DNA of 64,000 nt from Neocallimastix sp. 'constans' (GCA_050613775.1 JBODTK010000013.1:124001-188000), one strand, 5' to 3'. Counted from the first letter of the stretch, positions 11,923 to 25,350 are shown. Numbers and translations are program-made. Notes: generated by a model not told the origin, from the letters alone.

Positions 11923-12846
11923 TTCAGTAAGTCTGAGAGAATTTTATTGGATATTGACTACTTATTGTTTTGCTTTATTTTATTAGTTAGTTTAATTGAT
12001 TGAAATACTATTATTTGATTTGTTGAATGATTAATGATTAAATTTATATATTTATTTTTTGTGTTGCATTTAATTAGTTAAGAGATGATTACGATGATTT
12101 TTATGTTGTAAATTATTGGATTAAATAATAATATACTATTCTTCATTGTTTACATATATTTATTTAGGACAAATTAAATTCACCTTTTTGTTTATTATTT
12201 AATTAATTCCTTTTTTTATTTAAATTCTATTCGTCAAATTATATGTTTATTCACCAATTATGTTTATCTTTTAAATCTTATTATTTAATTAATATTTTAA
12301 TAAAATTTTTGTTTTGCAACTAACTATTTTCAATGGGACCTCTTTTACCTGCTGCTGACTATTTCAGCATAGCAGTATTTACTTCTTACTCATGTAAACG
12401 TTTTTTTTATCTAAATTAAAATGTGAATTAATTCTCTTATTTTGAATATGTATGCATTTTGTTGAATTAGATTAAAAAAATTCATTTTTCTTATTCTTTT
12501 TTTTTTTTTTTTTTTTTTTTATAAATAATAATTATTAAAAATATATATTAGTAAGTATATGTTTTATTTATTTTTATGCTATATATATTTTGATACTTAG
12601 CTTTACATGAGACTCTTAATCTTTTAAACATTGAAATTATAAAAGTACATTTATAAAGTATGTGATTATAAAGAGTTTTATGTCAAAACAGATTATAATA
12701 ATACAAAACACTATATTATAAAATAAATTCTTTTATTAAAAATAATTGGTTATGAAAAATCTTTTATTAAATAGTTCTTATTATGTTATGAACTATCAAA
12801 TCATAAAAAATAACAATTACATTCTTTCAATTAAAGAAAATTTACA
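10430..12846 (-). mobile_element. Truncated copia element: probable 5' LTR (~12622-12846), PBS, leader, decayed gag (ATG 11833), zinc knuckle, protease
   Basis: CATGAGACTCTTAATC at 12606-12621; MSRNRN...GITFNYSENFN; KCFNCSTFSH; WIIDSGAS near 10740. LTR limits are approximate. Confidence 0.85.
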
Positions 12847-13260
12847 GTATTTATATTTTTTTCTTAATTATATTCTAATATATTAATTTAATTTACATAT
12901 ATTCAATTTAAATATTAATAATAATTAATTTTATAAAATAATAAAATATTTAAACTAAATCTAATTATAGAATAATTTTTTAATTAACTATTTTTTTTTT
13001 TTTATTATAACTATTTTTTATTATAACTATTTAAATATTTTAATTAATTTAAAATTAAACTAAAAAAATTATTAATAATATCAAACTATACTATTTAAAT
13101 AAATAAAAATTTAACAATAACAGATTTGGCGAATTTTTTGTGACTAAAATATTTAATTTCATATTTAATAAATATAAATTTAAATAATTTAAGTTCTAAT
13201 TTATAATTTTAAATTTCAATTATTAATTTAAGAAGAAATAATTATTTAAAGTATTTAATT

Positions 13261-14781
13261 CATGTACGTAAATTTGATGTATGATTTTTCGTTTACATAA
13301 ATTTATTGAAATATGTTTTAATTCATAAATTAATGTAAATTACATAATTTTATTCAAGATATCGTGGCAAAAATTTCATATATAAATTAATGTAATAATG
13401 AATTACATAAATTTATTAAAGATATATAGATATCTTTACAGTGATATTAATATATCGTTTTTATTTATTATATGAAAAATTAAGAATAATAATATTTTAT
13501 GAACTATCTTTAATTTTCTATTCTTATTTTGTTTACATGTAAAATATGATTGGTAGATATTATGTTTGACACATTAATATTGTCATTTAACAAATGAAAA
13601 TAAAAATTTTGTGTCAAATGATGGTATTATTATTACGGATGGTACTTCCATTTATACTATGCAAAATGTCATTCTTTTTGATAGCCATATGGTTGAAAAT
13701 ATTAGAGTTTATATGATTAAAACAAGCAATACAGTAGATCTTCGATTTGATTATCGTTATTTTTACGCTAAGCAACATTCAATTAAAAAAGTCAAATCTA
13801 AAATTGATATTAGCGAATTTTAAAAAATTTGTTTAAAGTATATTCAACATAAAAAGTTGAATCGTGATAAAAAGTAAAAGTATTACTTATTACGGTAAAC
13901 AAGTAAATATTTTAAATGATACTCCTTTCAATAAATATATTGTTTACTATCAACTGGTTAAAGAAAAAAAATTCTTTAATTATTGAATTCGATATGGATA
14001 AAGGCGTATTTGTGAAAGAATGGGAAGATAAATGGACTTCTAATAGGTTATATACTTTCAATAGTATAGTTCTTGCTTCTTTTCAATTAATTAATATTGA
14101 TATATTTTTATCAGATTCTAATACCTTAATGCGTAAATATCATAATGGAATAAAACAAAATATACTTAATGAATATAAAGGAAACTTAATTGATATAGGT
14201 TCTAGGAATGGTGGAGATATTCATAAATGGAAATACTTCGGAAAAATTACATATGTTAAAACCCTATAAAGTGAAATTAAAAAATTTAAAAGAAAGAATT
14301 AAAAAATTCAGACATTAAGAATAGTATCATCATTTATCCGAATACTATTCAAAATATTAAATTAAAAAACTCGTTTAATATTGCTACGTGCTTTTTTGCC
14401 CTTAATGATTTCAATTATAATGACGTTGAAATTATGTTGAACAATATTAGAAAATATCAATAAAAATTTATAGTTCTTTTTATGGATTATAGCTTATTTA
14501 ATGGTAATATCAATTCTCCTTACATAAATATCGACGATGTTTTGATACAAATAAAAATAAATTTTTAGATTCATTACACAAAGAATTACCAGTTTATTTA
14601 TTAGGCGCTTTATGATATTTGCATAAAGAATGTGATAATATAATGTTTGTAAATTTTGAAAATTCCAATTTATAAGAACATTATGAAAATGTAATTAACA
14701 GTGAAAAAGTAATAAAAATATTTGTAAAATATAAGTTTAATATAATTAGTTAATATTCAATAAAATTATTTAAAATGTATT
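13261..14781 (+). pseudogene. Decayed virus-type mRNA capping enzyme (guanylyltransferase fused to guanine-N7 methyltransferase)
   Basis: Ordered motifs: RKFD(G) ~13267 (needs a 1-bp fix), SNDGIIIT, KTSNTVDL, EWEDKWTSN, MRKYHNGIKQNIL, LIDIGSRNGGDIHKW, NIATCFFALND. Many stops and frameshifts; no introns evident. Confidence 0.8.
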
Positions 14782-15096
14782 AAAAAATATAAAACATTTA
14801 TGGCGTCAAATACAACAAATTTACCGCTACATTACAAATGCAACTTCATAAAATTACCACATCCATGAAATATATATATAATAATAAAAATAATTAATAA
14901 AAAATAATTGTTAAAATAAATGAAATATGAAAATTAAGCTTTAAATGTACACAAAAAAAAAAAAAAAAAAAAAGTGATTGTAACTCTTTTTCATAAAATA
15001 TAAAATATATTAGTAAAGATATCATGATTATCAATGACTCTCAAGAAAATCATGTTAAGAAGAAAACTGCTGAAATTTAATATATAATAATTAAAT

Positions 15097-15141
15097 TCCC
15101 TAAATGAGTATAAAGTGTTTCACTTTATACTCATTTAGGGA
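15097..15141. repeat. Perfect inverted repeat, 21-bp arms, 3-nt loop
   Basis: TCCCTAAATGAGTATAAAGTG-TTT-CACTTTATACTCATTTAGGGA. Confidence 0.95.
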
Positions 15142-15163
15142 TTATCCCATTCATTAAAAAAAG

Positions 15164-15412
15164 TGTTAGAGAAAAAATCGATACATACATTTATTTATAT
15201 TATTAATTCATATCAACCAATAATTAATCTCTAAGTAAATTAAATAATATATAAAAATATGAAATAAATTTAATTTAAAAATATCTTTTCAAGAATATAT
15301 ATCTTCATAATAAAAATTATTAATAAATATTTTATAATATTACTTGTAACATAAAATACTTCGTTATATTGTTTTTCTTAATATAGTGTTTGTCTTAAGT
15401 TTGTTCTTCACA
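15164..15412 (+). mobile_element. Solo LTR, family A, with 5-bp TSD AAAAG
   Basis: Aligns with 1955-2224; AAAAG at 15159-15163 and 15413-15417. Confidence 0.9.
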
Positions 15413-16234
15413 AAAAGTTTTGAAAATATTAAATTTCCAAATATTTAAAATTAAAATTTAAAACTAAAATGATCTAAAAGTTGTAAATAAAGAAACAAAG
15501 TAAATAAATATTATAAAAGTACCTTCTCACAGACTAAATAAAGATTGTCATGCTTTCAAATACGAAATATTAATTAATAAAATATATTATTTAGAATTTA
15601 ATAAATATTAAAAAAAAAATAAAACAAAAATATTAAATTAAAAGATGTATTATACATTAAATAAACATTGAGAAAATTAACGTTTATCTTTCAACAAAAT
15701 GAGAATACAAATTTAGTATTAATAGGTATATAACAAATCACATTTAATATTAACAATTGGAGTGTAAAATTAAATTTCTAGTAATAAAATAAATTTAAAT
15801 TAAAATAAATAATTTTAGATTAAAAATAAATTATCCAATTTTCAAGAATTGTAAAATAAATTTAAAATTTAAATTTCCTATAATCAATAAATTTAACAAT
15901 AAAATCGATTTTAAACAAATTATTATTAAGAATAGTAAAATAACCTATATCAAAAAAAAAAAAAAAAAAAAAAAACATTTTAAGATTTTGAAAATTTTAA
16001 ATATTAAATTTAAAATTGGAAATTAAAAATTATATTTTGAAATTCAATTAAATTAATAAAATTCATAGTTTATAAGATAAAATATATATAAACGAAGTGA
16101 TTCAGATTTAGAAAATAAATAAATATTATCATAAATTACTTTATTTAATATATGGAATATAAATTAAAAAATAGAATTAAGAATATTATTAATTCAAATA
16201 ATTTTCATATTGAAATAACGCATACTAACAAAAG

Positions 16235-18193
16235 ATGAATCTAAGTAATAAGTATTCTATGATTACCATATTGATTTTTGCTATATTATTAATAAACTAT
16301 ACATTTGCTGAAAAAAATATCAAAGAATCAAAAATATTATTACGTTGCAAGAAAAAATGTAATCATAATAATAAAAAATTAAAAAAATTTTGTAAAAAAT
16401 GTTCTTCTTTAAATATATTAGATAAAAATAAAATTCATGAGAATGATAAAATCTCTGAAAATAATGAAATCTTTGAGAATAATAAAACTTCTGAAAATAA
16501 TATACTTTCTGAGAAAAAAAACTTTTCAGTAACACTTTTATCTTATTCAACAAATTTTGATTATAATAAAATAGAAAATTTGTTTGTTTTTGGGGATTCA
16601 TATTCTTCAGTTAATACGAATTTTTTAGATATGTCGTACACAGGAGATAATCGATCACTTGGGAAAAATTGGCCGTTAAAATTGATTGAATTAAAAAATA
16701 TGAAACTATGGGATTTCGCTATCCCAGCTTCAACAATAAATAAAAATATAGTTAAAAGTGGTCATGATTTTTTTGATCAATATAATCATTTTTTTGAAAA
16801 AATGACATTTAATAAATATTTTAATGGTGAATGGAAAAGCTCAAATTCTCTTTTTGCCATTTGGATTGGGTCAGAAGATATAATAAGAATTCCAGAAAAA
16901 TCAAATATCGAAAAATTAAGTGAACAAATAATTTCAAATATGTTTGATGTTATTGAGAAATTATATAATGATGGCGCTCGAAACTTTTTAATATTAAATA
17001 TTTTTTATTTAAATAAAACCCCTTACAATAAAAGTGGGAAAATAAATTATATGAATTTTAATATAAATTATTATAATGAAATTTTAAAAAATAAAGTAAA
17101 TTATTATTTTAAAACAAAAAATGATTTAAATATATTCTTTTATGACATTAATTATTTAATTGATGGAATTATTGAACATTGTTATAATTATGAATTTAAT
17201 AATTGTAAGGATGCTTGGGTTTTAAATAAGGATAAAAATGTTGAAGATTTCTTTTGGAGTGACTTAACTCATACCACTTATAAAGCAAACTCTATTTTTA
17301 GTGAAAAAATTAATGAATTTCTTAAAATTGATAAAATTTCTGAAAACAAAAATTCTTCAAAATTATTGTTATCTAATTCTACAAAATTTAATTATAATGA
17401 AATTGAAAATTTAATTGTATTTGGTGATTCTCATTCCTTTACTGGAACTGATTTTGAAACGATGAAATTTTCTGAAGCTATCCTTTCTAATAGAAGAAAC
17501 TGGCCATTACGATTATCTGATATTCATAATATGACCCTCTGGAATTTTGCAACAAATGGAGCAGTAGTCAGTCAAAATATTACTTATAGAGTAAACTATC
17601 CAATAGATTTTATAAAGCAATATGAATTATTCTATGAAAGAATGTCAAACGGTAAAAAATATTTTAGTAAATGGAGTTGTAATAATACTTTATTTACTAT
17701 ATATATGGGCTCAAATGATATTTTCGATGTACATTGGGTCAATAATAATAAAACAATAAATGAAAATTTAAATGATATAGTTGATATTTTATTTGATAAA
17801 CTTGAAAACGCATATAATATTGGTATAAGAAATTATTTAATAATGAATCTATCCCCATTTGATAAAGCGCCTATTAATGCCAATCAAAAATATAAATATA
17901 TAAAATCTGATATACATTTTTTTAATTCTTTATTAGTAAAAAAGGCTGAATATTTATTTAATAAATATAAAAATATTAATATTATTATTTATAATACAAA
18001 TAAAGAATATAATTATATTATAAATCACTATAAAGATTATAATTTTAAATCAGGAATAGAGGCATGGAGCCCTTCACATAGAGGTGATTTACTTGATAAT
18101 TATTTTTGGCGAGACTTTACACATATTTCTAATAAAGCAAATAAAATTCTAGCCGAAGATATTAATGATTTACTCAATTCCATAAACAATTAA
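16235..18193 (+). CDS. Secreted protein with two tandem SGNH/GDSL esterase domains (CE16-like acetylesterase)
   Basis: Hydrophobic N-terminus; block I FVFGDSYS and IVFGDSHS; block III WIGSEDI and YMGSNDI; block V FWSDLTHT and FWRDFTHI; single exon. Confidence 0.9.
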   Translation: MNLSNKYSMITILIFAILLINYTFAEKNIKESKILLRCKKKCNHNNKKLKKFCKKCSSLNILDKNKIHENDKISENNEIFENNKTSENNILSEKKNFSVTLLSYSTNFDYNKIENLFVFGDSYSSVNTNFLDMSYTGDNRSLGKNWPLKLIELKNMKLWDFAIPASTINKNIVKSGHDFFDQYNHFFEKMTFNKYFNGEWKSSNSLFAIWIGSEDIIRIPEKSNIEKLSEQIISNMFDVIEKLYNDGARNFLILNIFYLNKTPYNKSGKINYMNFNINYYNEILKNKVNYYFKTKNDLNIFFYDINYLIDGIIEHCYNYEFNNCKDAWVLNKDKNVEDFFWSDLTHTTYKANSIFSEKINEFLKIDKISENKNSSKLLLSNSTKFNYNEIENLIVFGDSHSFTGTDFETMKFSEAILSNRRNWPLRLSDIHNMTLWNFATNGAVVSQNITYRVNYPIDFIKQYELFYERMSNGKKYFSKWSCNNTLFTIYMGSNDIFDVHWVNNNKTINENLNDIVDILFDKLENAYNIGIRNYLIMNLSPFDKAPINANQKYKYIKSDIHFFNSLLVKKAEYLFNKYKNINIIIYNTNKEYNYIINHYKDYNFKSGIEAWSPSHRGDLLDNYFWRDFTHISNKANKILAEDINDLLNSINN

Positions 18194-20091
18194 GTAAATG
18201 TTAAAAGTCGAAATTAAACAAAATTATACATTAAACTTCATAATATTTTAAATTTCCCACATTCAAAAATATAAAGAATTACTCATTATATCAAACTTAT
18301 TCAAAACACACCAATTAATAATATACATTACGAAAATTTAAACAAACATATATTAAATAATGATTTTTGTTAAACCACAAAACATATTATTTATTATATA
18401 GTTATTTTAACTTGTATTCATTCAAATCAAACATATATATATATAAGCAATAATGAAGGAGATATATATTAGTGATTTCATTCAAAATAATTTAAAACAT
18501 AATATCCCAAATATTCAATGTAAATATAATAGAATAATAATTCCTAGAATGAAATGGATTCATTCTATTAATAGTAATATTATTAAATCTAATGTGAAAT
18601 GGATTAAAAAATAAATAATTAAAAATAATCATAATACATACCTTCATTATGAAAATTATAATAAAATAATAAATATAAACATGAGTAACATGAGTTATAT
18701 ACAAATAGATAAAGTTTATCTATCGAAAATCTACATTTATTGATTTCAAAGTATTTTATAATTAAGTTATAATCATTAAACTTCTATCATTATTATTCAT
18801 TATTATTACAATGATGATTAATATATATTTAAAATTAATTTAGATATTTTGGATTTTATGGAGAAATAGAAAAAATAAAATAGAGAACTTAAAATATTAA
18901 AGAAATTTACATAATTGATTCATTGTTAGATTATTTAAAAATATATTTTTTTGAAAATGAATAAAAATAGTTTAAATATAGAAAATTAGTGAAACATTGT
19001 CTTCAAAAAGAAATTAATTAAAATATTAAATTTTATTAAATTATTTAGAACTGTAAATTAATATAAATTAATTTACATATGAAATACGTGATGTATTGAT
19101 AAATATACATAATGTAAATATATAAATATTATAAGAATAAACCACATTAAATTATATATATAAATATATTATAATGATAATATATGTGAAACTATTCTTA
19201 ATTCATTATTCCTATTATTCTTAACTCATAACTATTGATTATATACAAAACTATTACTAAGAATAAATATAATAATATTGAATTCATATTAGAATTCATA
19301 CATATTTGATTATAATAAATTAAATATATTAAAGATCACACATATAAACCTAATTTCCAACAAAATTAAAATTTGAAATATATTAAAATAAATGAATATT
19401 ATAATAAATTAAAATTTTATTGTATAAAAGTTTTGTTAAAGTAATTTCTCGCATACTCTTATTTTAATTTATATGTTAAATATTATTTCTTAAAGTTTTT
19501 GTGTAAAACTTTAATTATTAAAATTAATATTATTACAACGACTTATTTAAATAATAAATATTATATGATTTGATTAATTTAATTTGAATTTTTTATTTGA
19601 ATTTATTTGAATAATGTGATATAAAATGAAATATTCAAACCTTAATTAATATAAAATAGTTTTTATTATTCAAACTTAAATTAATGTCATAAATCAAATT
19701 TAAATCTAATGATTTTATATCAATTCAATATGTGGCTTGATTTCTATATATTAATTATGTCAAAAATATTATGTTAAGAAACACTCAAATAAGTTATAAT
19801 AAACACAATAATAAAAATATATGGATTAGTAGTTTTTAGAAAAATATTTTTTTATAACAGTATAAATTATTTTTATTCTCATTTTTGTATAAGATATTAT
19901 TTTTTTATAAAATAATAATTCCATGATTTTTATACTTTTTATTTTGAATATTAATACAAGTAATTGGTCATTATTTATATTAAAGATAGATTAATTAAAT
20001 TAATCATTATTTTGACATTCCCCCAAAAATCTACCTTCAAAAAATAAACTTTTTAAAAGATAAAAAAAAATGAAAATAGATTTTAATATAA

Positions 20092-23000
20092 TTAATTAAT
20101 TATTTTCGTTAATAAGGTATTTCTAAATTTGTCCATTAAAGAGTTATTTAAGTATTTTGTAAAACCATCAGCAAGGTTGTCCTTTGATTTTATGTATTTT
20201 AATTTTATAATTTTCTTATTTACTAAATCCCTAATATGATGACACCTAATGTCAATGTGTTTTGATTTCGGATTTATTGATTGATTTTCACTATTATATA
20301 TTGTTGCTTTATTGTCTACGAAAATTGTTATTTCTTTGATATTTACGTTTAATTCGTTTAATAAATTTTTGTACCATAATGAATGTTTTGCGCATTCACT
20401 TAAGCTATAATATTCAGCTTCTGTAGTTGAGGTGGAGACACAGTGCTGCAATTTGGAATACCAACTTGTTGGAGTGTCCCCCATTAACATGAGAAATCCA
20501 GAAGTTGATTTTCTTGTATTTGGATCGCCAGCAAAATCGGCATCTACAAATGTTTTTAATTTCATTCCCTTTTCTATTTTGATTCCATAATTTTTTGTAT
20601 ATTTGAGATATCTAAAAATTTTTAAAACATTCATCCAATCTTCTAAGTTGGGATCTGTTGATTTTCTTGAAGCTCTGCTAACAGCAAAAAGAATATCAGG
20701 ACGGGTACAGATAGCTAAATATAGTAAACTTCCTATTGCACTTCGGTATTTTGTTTCATTGAATTTTTTGGTTCTTAGATTTGGATTTACTAATGGCATA
20801 AGATTTTTTACTGGTGTTAAGTTGTTAATATCGAATTTATTTAAAATGTCATTTATGTATCTACCTTGATGTAAAATGTAACCATTTAAAGTTTTGGTAA
20901 ATTTTATTCCAATTACAAATTCAACATCCCCAATATCCTTTATATTAAACTTCCTTTGAATAGATTGTTTTACTTTATTTATTTCTTGATTTGTTCCTGC
21001 AATGAGAATGTCATCAACGTATACTGAGAGAATACAAACTATTTCCTTCCCATTGTTTAATTTAATATAAACACATGGCTCACTTTTTATTCTATTGAAA
21101 CCTATTTTTATCAATTCTTCATTGAGTTTATCATTCCATTCTTTACCAGCTTGTTTTAAGCCGTAAAGAGCTTTGTGAAGTTCCCAAAAAGATTTTCCGT
21201 AAGATGGATGACCCTCTGGTGCTTTCATGTATATATGCTCATTTAATGGTGCATTTAAATAAGCTGAATTGATGTCTATTTGAACAATATTGAAATTTTT
21301 CTGAACCGCGATAACTGTAATGATTCGAACTGTATCCTGTTTTAGTGTTGGTGCAAATGTTTCTTTGTAGTCGATACCGTACTGTTGAGTGTATCCTTTT
21401 GCAACTAATCTTGCCTTTCTTTTAATAACATTTCCGTTTGCATCTCTTTTATACTTAAATACCCATCGTGATGATATTACGTTGGATCCTGATGGTACTG
21501 TTTTAACAATTTTATAAACATCAAGGTTTTTCATGATTTCTAATTCTTTCTTGATTGCGTTTAGCCATTCTATTTTATCTTTAAATTTGAATATATCCTT
21601 GAAGTTATATGGTTCAATTAATGTATTTTCATTAATTTTCATGTCTGATTCATCTGTGTTGTTTATTTTTTTTCTTTTATTTGAATTAATTGTAAAATTG
21701 TTTAAATTCCTTTTTGAATTTTTAGGATGTTGATAGTTTTGATTTTTCTCTTTATTTGTGTTATATTTATTATTAATGTTGTTAATTTCTTGTTGGTTTT
21801 CTTTTGATATTTTGTTGTTATCATTTTCAGTCGTATTTTTAACTTCATTATTAATATTGATTGAATTATTATTGAAATTGTGATCATTTGAATTTAACAA
21901 TTCCTGATTGAAAGTATTGTTACTATTATTGATTGTATTATTGTCAATAGTATTGTTGTTATTTTCATTATTATTATTTTGATAACTGTTATTAATGATA
22001 ATTTTTTCATTATTATTTTGATAACTGTTATTAATGATAATTTTTTCATTATTATTTTGATAATTGGGATAATATTTACTACTAATTCTATTTGTTTTAG
22101 AAGATTTATTTTTGGATTGATTTTTAATATTTTTATTCTGGTTAATATTTCTATTCTGGTTAAAATTTGTTGTAGCATTTCTTTCATTGATAATATCTGT
22201 TATTTTATTATTATAATCATCAATTTCATTATGGTATCTAAGTCGGTTTAGACAGTTGCTCTCCCTGAATTTGTTATTGGAATGAATACGATTTAAAAAG
22301 GAATTTCCTGGTTCATTTTCCATAAATTCTACAGTGCGAGATTGGATGATTTTATTATTGATAACATCAAGAATTTTGTAAGTGGAAGGATGATCGCAAT
22401 ATCCAAGAAAAATACCAGGATGTGAATTATTGTCAAATTTTGATCTTAGTTCCTTTGGCACAAAAAAATAGACTCTACATCCGAATACTCTAAATGTATT
22501 GTAATCTACAGGCTTATTATAAAATACCTCAAATGGAATTTTGTTTTGAATGCCTTGATGGGGAAGTCGATTATGAATATAGTTTGCAGTATCAACAGCA
22601 AACTCCCAAAAATCATGACTGAGTTTAGCGTCGTTAAGAAGTGATTTTGAAGAAGCAATGAGTATACCATTAAATCTTTCAGCCCTTCCATTTTGAGAAG
22701 GGTTATAAGGAACTGAAAACGGATGATGGATTCCATTTTCTTCACATAAAATTTGAAATTTACTATTTTGAAATTCCTTCCCATTATCAGACCGAATTGC
22801 TTTGATATTTATATTTAATGAATTATAAATTTTATTATACCAAATGATAAATTTGTTAAATACATCATTTTTATTTTCAGTGAAGATGACCCATCCATAT
22901 CTACAGTAGTCATCTAAAATTGTAAGGAAATACTTATTGTTATTTATTGAAGGATTAACAGGTCCTACAAGATCTAGATGTATTAATTCTAAAATTTGTT

Positions 23001-24727
23001 TAGTCTTATTGGTAGATGGTTTAAATGACTTATTTTTTAATTTGGAATTAATACATACTGGGCATTTTAATTTTAGATTGATATTACTTAATTTATTTTT
23101 TATTTTAGAAATATCATAATGACCTAGGCGTCTATGCCAAAGTCTATTACTTGTTGGTTATTTGATTCTGTATAATTGATTTCGTTATGTTTTGTTGAAT
23201 TTAAATTTTTTGGTGTTTGGAAGTGAAAATTTGATATGTATTTTTATCATTAGATAAAGATTTATAAATTCTATTTCCATTATTATCATAAATTAATGCT
23301 TGTGGGGAGTTGTCATAATTATTGAATATTACTTTATAATTTTGAGAAATTAATTGATTGATTGAAATTAAGTTTCTCTTAATATATCGTGAATAATAAA
23401 CATTTTTTAAAATGAATTTGTTGTTGTTAATGAATCCTACAAAATCGCCACAAAATTCAGATAATACTTCTTTACCATTCGCTAGTAAAATTTTTGTTTT
23501 ACATTTTTTAATGTTAGTAAGAAATTTTATGTCATTAATAGTACTGATTGATGCACCTGAATCTAAAATCCAAACTATGAAGTTATTATTATGTATATTA
23601 CTATTTTCGTGATTTTTATTATTTATTCTTTCTAAACAATTAATTTCGATTGCATTGTCAGAGTTATAATCTTTAGAAAAATCTTCTAAGTAATCGTCTT
23701 TATAGTTGTTGTGATTGCTTATTGAATATAAATGCTTGTTATTAATTTTACTTTTATTATATTTTTTGTTCAATTTTCTTCGAATTTTCATTGATTTATT
23801 TTCATTGTTTTGATTCAAGAGCTTATTTCTTTTATATTTATAACATTCCTTTTTGTAGTGGCCGTATTTTCCACATAAGAAACATTTTCCATTTTTTCTT
23901 CCTCTTATTTTTAAATGCTTATTATTTTGTTTATTTTTGTTTTCAGTTTGTAAATTAAAAATATTTTTTGCGTTTTCTTCTTGAAGTTTTCTTTCCTTGA
24001 TGTTCGAGAAAAGAATATCTGGTATTATTCTTTTTACGTAATTGCAACATTTTATCTATTCATTATTGTACTGGAAAACATTTATCCACCTTAGATTTTC
24101 AGGTAAGGCTCTATTCAGAATCCCTACCTTTACACTATCACTCATGTCTGTATCAATGATTTCCAATTCATCGATTATATTTTGAAGTGTTGCAAGGAAG
24201 ATATGTATGTCATCATCTGTGGTAAATTTCAATCTGTTTAATTTATTTCGTAATAGCATTTTTTGATGCTCTTCTCCTAAAGTAAAGGAATCTTGAAGGA
24301 AGTTCCACATTTCGAAGGCGGTCTTACTATGGCTTTTTATTATTTCTTTCGTTTTCTTTCCCAGGCTATTATTAATTATCCATTTGACCATGATGTCATT
24401 CTTGATATCTGTTTGGGTTGTCCCAATATCGTAAACAAGAGAATTATTAAATTTATCTTTAATGTACTTATCTAAATCTTCTTTAATATCCTTCTTTCTC
24501 AATTTTTTTACTTTTGGTAAATTAACGTATTCATCTAGATTATTGATGATTAAGAGGTCCAATACGTTAGTTTTCCAATCTTGGAAGTTTTCAACCGTTA
24601 ATTCGGTAACATGATTGAAATTCTCGGAGTAATTGAAAGAGATTCCTTTAGTGAAGAAATTACTTTCTGATTCGGGAATTTCGATGATTTGGTTTCTAGA
24701 GTTACTTCTTGAATTGTTTCTGCTCAT
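20092..24727 (-). pseudogene. Copia gag-pol polyprotein interrupted by one TAG (24056) and two apparent 1-bp deletions (~23215, ~23142)
   Basis: gag; CFLCGKYGHYKKEC knuckle; WILDSGAS protease; LWHRRLGH...CPVC; HLDLVGP, RSDNGKEF, QNGRAER integrase; YVDD RT; DADFAG RNase H. IN-RT-RH reads open from ~23155 to 20092. Confidence 0.93.
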
Positions 24728-25350
24728 TTTCTATTTTTTTATTTTTACCTTCTTGTTTTAATTAAAAGTATTTATGTTTTATTATTTTCTTAATTTATTT
24801 TTTATTGCTTTTCTTTAATTTGTCTTTATATATTTTTTATTTCTTTAGTTAGATTTCATTTTATTAAATTAAATAATGTAAATTGTAATTAATTTTGATT
24901 GGTTCTATTTTTAGTGACAATTTATTATTAATCTATTTATATAGATTTTTTAATGATTAATATTTAAAAAATTTAATTTAAAGATATTAATATACATTTT
25001 TTTTTAATATTGAGGGAGGAATTAGTATAATTTTATTATTACTGAGACCTATCATTTTGATTCTTTTATTAAATAATGTGAGTGTGATTATGTTACTATT
25101 CCTTTTTTAATTAAGAATAAATTATTTTTATTAATGTTTATTACAAAGTATTTTATATATTTATATTACGAACAATAGTATAAAGAGATTAATTTATTTA
25201 TATTAAGTGTATTTAAAAATTTTTGCTATTGTTGTGAAAATGATTATATCATTAATTGTTCATATTTAATATATTATTGTAATTTCATTTTAATTAAAAT
25301 CTTTATTTAAATTATTTATTATATAATTGAATTTTTTATTATATTTTTCC

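Noticed and set aside
13543..13548. ATATGA, resembling the linear-plasmid UCS promoter
   Set aside because: A 6-mer expected often at this AT content, and it lies inside the inferred gene.
15480..15770. Possible Mutator/FLYWCH-like transposase remnant
   Set aside because: Only a few residues in broken frames; cannot be supported.
21975..22065. 39-bp duplication (SYQNNNEKIIINN) in pol
   Set aside because: Ordinary slippage in the low-complexity IN-RT linker.
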